Virus record (IMG/VR): IMGVR_UViG_3300030059_002710
Coordinates: 1-41,679 of that record
Origin: a virus
Taxonomy: Duplodnaviria > Caudoviricetes
Strand: one strand, 5' to 3'
Length of the DNA: 41,679 nucleotides
A program made the translations under genes and the position numbers. Shown piece by piece: positions 37,040 to 41,679 of this stretch (position 1 is its first letter; each line of letters opens with the position of its first letter). The notes under the pieces are model-generated. The model saw nothing but the letters and a program-made list of their open reading frames with translations. It searched no databases and was not told the DNA's origin.

Positions 37040-37381
37040 CTACCTTAACCACACGCTGACTGCATCATCTATCGCTCTCACTTCCTCGTCTCGCGCATAC
37101 TCAATCGCTCTTACTCTTAATTGCACCCATCGTACAATCCTTTGATTCTCCGCGCCATTTGTCGCTCCGAAATGCGCCATACATCTCTTGTCGCTACCTA
37201 CAGTCATCACTGCTTGGAACACAAGGTCATCGTTCAGCAATCCGTTCTCGTCAGTCTTAATGTAGTAGCTGACCCTTAACTCTTCTCCTTGTGGGGAAAG
37301 GATGGTAAAGGTCTTATTGTCGATTCCTCCTAAGACCTTACAAGCATCTAACTTGCCTAAAAACTCGTTTAACTCTTTCAT
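37040..37381 (-). CDS. First gene of the leftward early operon (113 aa; start revised to ATG 37381)
   Basis: ACACAATACCATG start context shared with the two downstream genes. Confidence 0.7.
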   Translation of the reverse strand: MKELNEFLGKLDACKVLGGIDNKTFTILSPQGEELRVSYYIKTDENGLLNDDLVFQAVMTVGSDKRCMAHFGATNGAENQRIVRWVQLRVRAIEYARDEEVRAIDDAVSVWLR

Positions 37382-37434
37382 GGTATTGTGTATTAAATTA
37401 GTATTAAATGTTGATGATTCGTTCACCAACATTG

Positions 37435-37442
37435 CAAAGATA
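37435..37442 (-). promoter_or_regulatory. Bacteroidota-type -7 promoter box for the early operon
   Basis: TATCTTTG on the - strand with TTG about 19 nt upstream. Confidence 0.7.
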
Positions 37443-37873
37443 GTTAATAGTACTCGATATTCAATACAAAAGTTTCAATATACGCTAATCAAGAATCATT
37501 CTAAATAATACTCACTGACAATCAGTAAGTTAGCTGATATGTTGGACGCAAATTAATTGGTCAATCGTATTGGGATGTCAGCAGTCGTGCGGGTTCTATC
37601 CCTTCTCTCTCTGTCTCAGACAAGGGAAGGAAGGGGAAGGGGAAGGGGAAAGAGGACATTCAGGTGATGACCGGGCGCATAACGATGGGAGATGGTGAGC
37701 AGTCGTCCCATACCTACCTACCTGACAGAGAGCCCACACAAAAACCTAAACACTTTCACTGAAAGTTTTGAAAAGGTCACCCCCCCTATCAAAACAAATC
37801 GATTCCCTCAAACGCATATGCAGTGTGTAGCCTATAATAACCCTCCACCCCCAGACGTCTAAAAAATTTTTAT

Positions 37874-37881
37874 TATATTTG
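37874..37881 (+). promoter_or_regulatory. Bacteroidota-type -7 promoter box
   Basis: TATATTTG 4 nt before ATG 37886. Confidence 0.65.
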
Positions 37882-37885
37882 TACC

Positions 37886-38074
37886 ATGAATAGATTTAAA
37901 GACTTAGACGGCTTACGAGTCGAACACGGCAGGTTGATCAATGACCGATACGCATCTGAAACTGGAATAGCTCGCGCGGCTCGTATTAAGAGTGGAGTGA
38001 AGAACGCCATGAAGATAAACCAAATCGCACAGGGCATAGAATTAGCTGAGACCAAAAAGAACTTCGGGTTCTAA
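37886..38074 (+). CDS. Hypothetical protein
   Basis: 62 aa with its own promoter box and terminator. Confidence 0.65.
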   Translation: MNRFKDLDGLRVEHGRLINDRYASETGIARAARIKSGVKNAMKINQIAQGIELAETKKNFGF

Positions 38075-38100
38075 AAGTAATTATTTGTTTATTTAAACGG

Positions 38101-38129
38101 AGAGGATTCTTATAGGGTCCTCTTTTTTT
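38101..38129 (+). terminator. Intrinsic terminator
   Basis: AGAGGATTCT-TAT-AGGGTCCTCT followed by a T tract. Confidence 0.8.
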
Positions 38130-38136
38130 GTTAATC

Positions 38137-38328
38137 ATGTTGAAGTTGAGCATACCAATGCTCAAAATATTTCACTTGAGCATACCGTAACTTTCTATCT
38201 ATTAGTCTATTACTTCTTTTAATGTTCAAATGTTCAAAAAGAAGTAGTAATACTATATATATAAAAAAAGAAATTAGAATAAATTACATAGGGTTGTATA
38301 TATCATTTTCACTTGAGCATTTGAGCAT
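38137..38328. other. Origin-like element 2 with extra TTGAGCAT/ATGCTCAA octamers
   Basis: Eight octamer-like copies; the core 38222-38328 mirrors 29352-29457. Confidence 0.5.
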
Positions 38329-38371
38329 AAATTATTTTCTCCTTATATCTTCTCCGTGTAGGATATTCTAC

Positions 38372-38379
38372 TTACCTTT
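38372..38379 (+). promoter_or_regulatory. Bacteroidota-type -7 promoter box for groEL
   Basis: TACCTTTG about 26 nt before ATG 38406. Confidence 0.6.
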
Positions 38380-38405
38380 GCTTATATAAATTAAATCTAC
38401 TTATA

Positions 38406-40001
38406 ATGCAAGAGCAAGGTTACATAGCTAAGGACTTATGTTTCGATGAGGACGCCCGTCAGAAACTCATCAACGGAATCACTTCTATTTCAAAGGCTGT
38501 CAAGAGCACGTTAGGTCCCCGAGGGAAAACTGTCCTGATAGAATCCACATCACATACTGGTGGACTCACTATTACTAAAGACGGTGTTACTGTAGCCCGT
38601 TCTATCGACCTATACGATCCTGTCGAGAACCTTGCTGTTCGTATGATGAAGGAGGCTGCTAACAAGACTGCTACTGTAGCTGGTGATGGCACCACTACTG
38701 CTATTGTTCTTACTGAGGCTTTGGTCACGAGCGGGATGGAGTATATGGATACGGACGCAAACTCAACTGAGGTTATCTCTTACTTACGTGAGAAGACTAA
38801 TGCTATTGTTGAGAAGCTAACTAAGTTATCTCGCAATGTTACTGACGCTATGCTATTGGATGTAGCTACTATCAGTGCAAACAGTGATAAGAGTTTAGGA
38901 AAGATTATAGCTAAGGCGTATAAGGATGTAGGCAAGGATGGTATTGTTACTGTTGAGAGATCACAGAACTCGAGCACATATGCTGAGGTTACAAACGGCA
39001 TCAAGGTTGACCGTGGGTATTCGTCTCCTTTGTTTATAAACAACCATAAGAAGGACGAGTGCATCTTGGAGGACGTTAAGATTCTGGTCTGCGACTCTGA
39101 GATAAACAACATCATGCAATTGGAGAACGTCTTAAAGGATGTCATCAATAACAACGACACTCTTCTTATTATCGGAACGTGTAGCGGAAACATGGTAAAC
39201 ACTTTGGCGGCCAATGTTGTGAAGAACGGATTAAAGTTCTGCAACGTCCCTCCTCCAAACTTTGGATACAAGCAACATGAGTTGATGCAGGATATTGCTT
39301 TAGCTGTTGGGGCTACGTACTTCTCTGAGAAGACGGGAGACGATTTGAGTTTGGTTATGTCTAAAGACTTAGGACATGCTGAGCGTGTTGTGATCGGAAG
39401 GGAGAACAGTGTCATTGTTACGGGTAAGGTTATAGGTGACGATATTGCGACCCGTGTCTCTGAGCTCCGCGATCAACAGGACATCACCCGCAACAAGGGA
39501 GAGCGTGACTTCATCAACACCCGTATCGCGAGTTTAGCTGGCGGTATAGGATGTATATATGTTGGGGGAGATAGTGATATCGAGCAGAAAGAAAAATTTG
39601 ACAGAGTCGATGACTCTGTCTGCGCAGTGCGTTCCGCCCTGCAGGAAGGTATCCTTCCAGGGGGAGGGTTAGCTTTATGGAACTTATCTCCTGTCATACA
39701 AGATTCGTATGAGGATGACAACGAAGAGATCGCAGATAGAATCTTACGTAAAGCTCTACGCGCTCCTTTGGTACAGATTTTAACCAATGCAGGTAAAGAC
39801 GCCTACAGTGTTATGGGGGAGGAAGACCTCATTGATTCTACTCATGGGTACGATGCTAAGAACGAGTGCTACGGTGACATGTTTGAGATGGGGGTCATAG
39901 ATCCACTTAAGGTTACCAAGAATGCTTTGATCAACGCGAGTAGTGTTGCCACTACTATACTCAGCACCAATGCTATCATCACACACGCCCGAGCACTATG
40001 A
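38406..40001 (+). CDS. groEL: Chaperonin GroEL (phage-encoded)
   Basis: STLGPRG, ITKDGVTVA, AGDGTTTA, EGILPGGG and GVIDPLKV motifs; no GGM tail. Confidence 0.95.
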   Translation: MQEQGYIAKDLCFDEDARQKLINGITSISKAVKSTLGPRGKTVLIESTSHTGGLTITKDGVTVARSIDLYDPVENLAVRMMKEAANKTATVAGDGTTTAIVLTEALVTSGMEYMDTDANSTEVISYLREKTNAIVEKLTKLSRNVTDAMLLDVATISANSDKSLGKIIAKAYKDVGKDGIVTVERSQNSSTYAEVTNGIKVDRGYSSPLFINNHKKDECILEDVKILVCDSEINNIMQLENVLKDVINNNDTLLIIGTCSGNMVNTLAANVVKNGLKFCNVPPPNFGYKQHELMQDIALAVGATYFSEKTGDDLSLVMSKDLGHAERVVIGRENSVIVTGKVIGDDIATRVSELRDQQDITRNKGERDFINTRIASLAGGIGCIYVGGDSDIEQKEKFDRVDDSVCAVRSALQEGILPGGGLALWNLSPVIQDSYEDDNEEIADRILRKALRAPLVQILTNAGKDAYSVMGEEDLIDSTHGYDAKNECYGDMFEMGVIDPLKVTKNALINASSVATTILSTNAIITHARAL

Positions 40002-40255
40002 GACCAATAGGAAAATATATCGTCATAAATAAAATCGAGGAGACTTTAAAGACTGAGTCGGGCCTGCTGCTTTCTCAGGAAGACGCCTCTGGGTTTCGGT
40101 ACCAGAAAGGAAAGGTTGTAAAGCCTGGGACGGATGTATCCAATATCAACGAGGGAGATGTTATCTACTACGATAAGAATGCTGGTCACGATATGTTTAT
40201 CCAGGACAAGTCGTACATGGTTATTGTTGAGAGAGACGTCGTTGTTGTTTTATAA
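39998..40255 (+). CDS. groES: Co-chaperonin GroES
   Basis: MRPIGKYIVI...KTESGLLL...GKVVKPG...EGDVIYY...ERDVVVVL; ATGA-coupled to groEL. Confidence 0.9.
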   Translation: MRPIGKYIVINKIEETLKTESGLLLSQEDASGFRYQKGKVVKPGTDVSNINEGDVIYYDKNAGHDMFIQDKSYMVIVERDVVVVL

Positions 40256-40658
40256 ACTTATTCATCTCCACTATCATATTCCTGTACCTTCGGTCCATGT
40301 ATGATGCGTCCTTTCTAAAGAGTGGGTTTATATTTGCCGACTCTCCTATCTCTTGTCCTGATAGCTTTTTATACACTGTCTTTATTAGGGACTTCCCTTT
40401 GTAGGAGACCTCGTATAGTGTTGCGTTCTTCCCTGTCCTTTTTCTCCACACATGTATCCACCCTTCTTTCAGGAGTCTATGGAAGCGTGGCACATCCCAG
40501 GACATGCACTGCTCAAATTCTTGAAAGGTTGCTTTGTTAAATATCTTTTCGCTGTATAGAAAAAAAAGCATATCTAAATCGGGGGAGCTTACCTTATACT
40601 TAGCCTGCACCCAATACCGGATTACTCTCCAGTATTTCATGTAATCTTCTTTTGGCAT
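40221..40658 (-). CDS. MarR-like winged-helix DNA-binding protein (start probably ATG 40658)
   Basis: SSPDLDMLFFLY...FHRLLKEGWIHV...LYEVSYKGKSLI winged-helix pattern. Confidence 0.55.
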   Translation of the reverse strand: MPKEDYMKYWRVIRYWVQAKYKVSSPDLDMLFFLYSEKIFNKATFQEFEQCMSWDVPRFHRLLKEGWIHVWRKRTGKNATLYEVSYKGKSLIKTVYKKLSGQEIGESANINPLFRKDASYMDRRYRNMIVEMNKFIKQQRRLSQQ

Positions 40659-40667
40659 TAGATTTAA

Positions 40668-40690
40668 TTTGTATCTTTGATACAAAGTTA
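40668..40690. promoter_or_regulatory. Palindrome TTTGTATC-TTT-GATACAAA overlapping opposing -7 boxes
   Basis: TATCTTTG (+, 40672-40679) and TAACTTTG (-, 40683-40690). Confidence 0.5.
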
Positions 40691-40771
40691 TATAAAATGC
40701 GTCACCTCTTATGCCTTATTCTTTTTTTCTTTTCCTATAACGGAACGGTTACGGTGATATATTAATTTACC

Positions 40772-40779
40772 TATCTTTG
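40772..40779 (+). promoter_or_regulatory. Bacteroidota-type -7 promoter box
   Basis: TATCTTTG 4 nt before ATG 40784. Confidence 0.6.
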
Positions 40780-40783
40780 TATT

Positions 40784-40909
40784 ATGGCGAAAAAAGTAAG
40801 TTGGATGTACGGAGGGAAAAAGTATAGCGGAACTTTAATTAGGGAAACTAAGACTCACACTTATGCCAGGACTACTAATGGTAAGACTAAAGTTATCAAA
40901 AAGAAATAA
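40784..40909 (+). CDS. Small basic protein (41 aa; not in ORF track)
   Basis: MAKKVSWMYGGKKYSGTLIRETKTHTYARTTNGKTKVIKKK. Confidence 0.6.
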   Translation: MAKKVSWMYGGKKYSGTLIRETKTHTYARTTNGKTKVIKKK

Positions 40910-40911
40910 TT

Positions 40912-41031
40912 ATGGCTGTCAAGAAATTTAAAATTCATAATATGTACAGTAAGACGGGTAGTAAAAAAGTCGCGTCTACTATGAAGCAGCATCTTTCTTT
41001 AAAGAAAAAAGGATATACTCACAAGAAGTAA
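40912..41031 (+). CDS. Small basic protein (39 aa; not in ORF track)
   Basis: MAVKKFKIHNMYSKTGSKKVASTMKQHLSLKKKGYTHKK; TAATG-coupled to the next gene. Confidence 0.6.
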   Translation: MAVKKFKIHNMYSKTGSKKVASTMKQHLSLKKKGYTHKK

Positions 41032-41285
41032 TGGCTACACCCAGGAAAGGAAAGGCAAGAGTAAAGATAACTTCTTCGGGGAAGAAGGTTAGTTATGGTC
41101 AGTCGGGTAAAGCTAAAGGTGGCGGCCCAAGAGTAAAGCCGGGAACGTCAAAGGGAGATGCTTATTGCGCAAGAAGCTATGGAATAAAAATGGGGCTTCC
41201 TATAGGAAAAAGAAACAATCCTAACACACCAAACAATTTATCTCGCAAGAGATGGAAGTGCGTTGGGAAAAAATCTAAAAAGTAA
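41031..41285 (+). CDS. Small basic phage protein (possibly DUF6321-like)
   Basis: 84 aa with a YCARS...NPN...RKRWKC pattern. Confidence 0.6.
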   Translation: MATPRKGKARVKITSSGKKVSYGQSGKAKGGGPRVKPGTSKGDAYCARSYGIKMGLPIGKRNNPNTPNNLSRKRWKCVGKKSKK

Positions 41286-41316
41286 TTCCTTTATATTTGT
41301 AAAAAAAAATAACATT

Positions 41317-41679
41317 ATGAAAATGAAAAAAACACGTGGCGAAAAGGCCAAGCCTATAACAGCTGCCCAACTAAAAGCAGCTGGAAAAGCATCATTAAAA
41401 GCTGGCCGTTCAAATAGAAAAAGTTCTTTAGGCAGCATAAAAACCGTAGGTAAAACCCAAATAAAAGCTGGCCGTGCTCTCAAAAAGAAAGGGCGTCAAG
41501 TGAAGCGTGCTGTTAATAAAACTGCTCGCGTTGCAAAGCGTGCTGTTAATAAAACTACTCGCGCCGTTAATAAAATGGCTCGTGGTGCAAAGCGTGCCGT
41601 TAAAAAAGATACTCGTGTTACAATGCGTAAGGCTAAAAAAGCTGTTCCTTCTGCCGCTGCACTGGCGGCATTTAAAGCT
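41317..41679 (+). CDS. Lys/Arg/Ala-rich protein of histone-H1-like composition (partial, runs off the window)
   Basis: 121 open codons with repeated (K)RAVNK units; preceded by a TATATTTG box at 41292-41299. Confidence 0.65.
   Translation, partial: MKMKKTRGEKAKPITAAQLKAAGKASLKAGRSNRKSSLGSIKTVGKTQIKAGRALKKKGRQVKRAVNKTARVAKRAVNKTTRAVNKMARGAKRAVKKDTRVTMRKAKKAVPSAAALAAFKA

Noticed and set aside
1-41679. Stop-codon reassignment as in some crAss-like phages
   Set aside because: Long genes are intact in the standard code, TAG and TGA end genes at sensible coupled junctions, and no suppressor tRNA was seen.

Overview
About 42 kb of a tailed dsDNA phage genome, most likely a podovirus-type phage with a crAss-like or Cellulophaga-phage-like virion module. 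The host is probably in the Bacteroidota: TAnnTTTG -7 promoter boxes recur and translation starts are AT-rich with no Shine-Dalgarno. Layout: (1) 1-23467, + strand: the probable end of the major capsid gene, putative ring/tail proteins, an apparently split muzzle-type tail protein, a GNAT protein and three probable ejection proteins, one a 3138-aa polyvalent protein. (2) 23464-31908, - strand: replication and recombination genes (HNH, tRNA-Arg(UCU), two stand-alone DnaA domain-IV-like proteins, VRR-NUC, SF2 helicase, primase-helicase, SSB-like protein, PD-(D/E)XK exonuclease, Sak-like annealing protein). (3) 31984-37442, - strand: a probable early region of small genes punctuated by eight tRNA-shaped structured elements in two families. 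(4) 37886-41679, mainly + strand: groEL-groES, a winged-helix regulator on the - strand and a cluster of very basic small proteins. The most novel-looking signal is the tRNA-mimic punctuation of the early transcript; all eight elements have a 12-bp acceptor-plus-T-type helix. Also notable are twin 106/107-bp origin-like iteron elements and the IKTQ-delimited modules of the giant virion protein. All functional calls come from reading motifs by eye; no database searches or folding programs were run.
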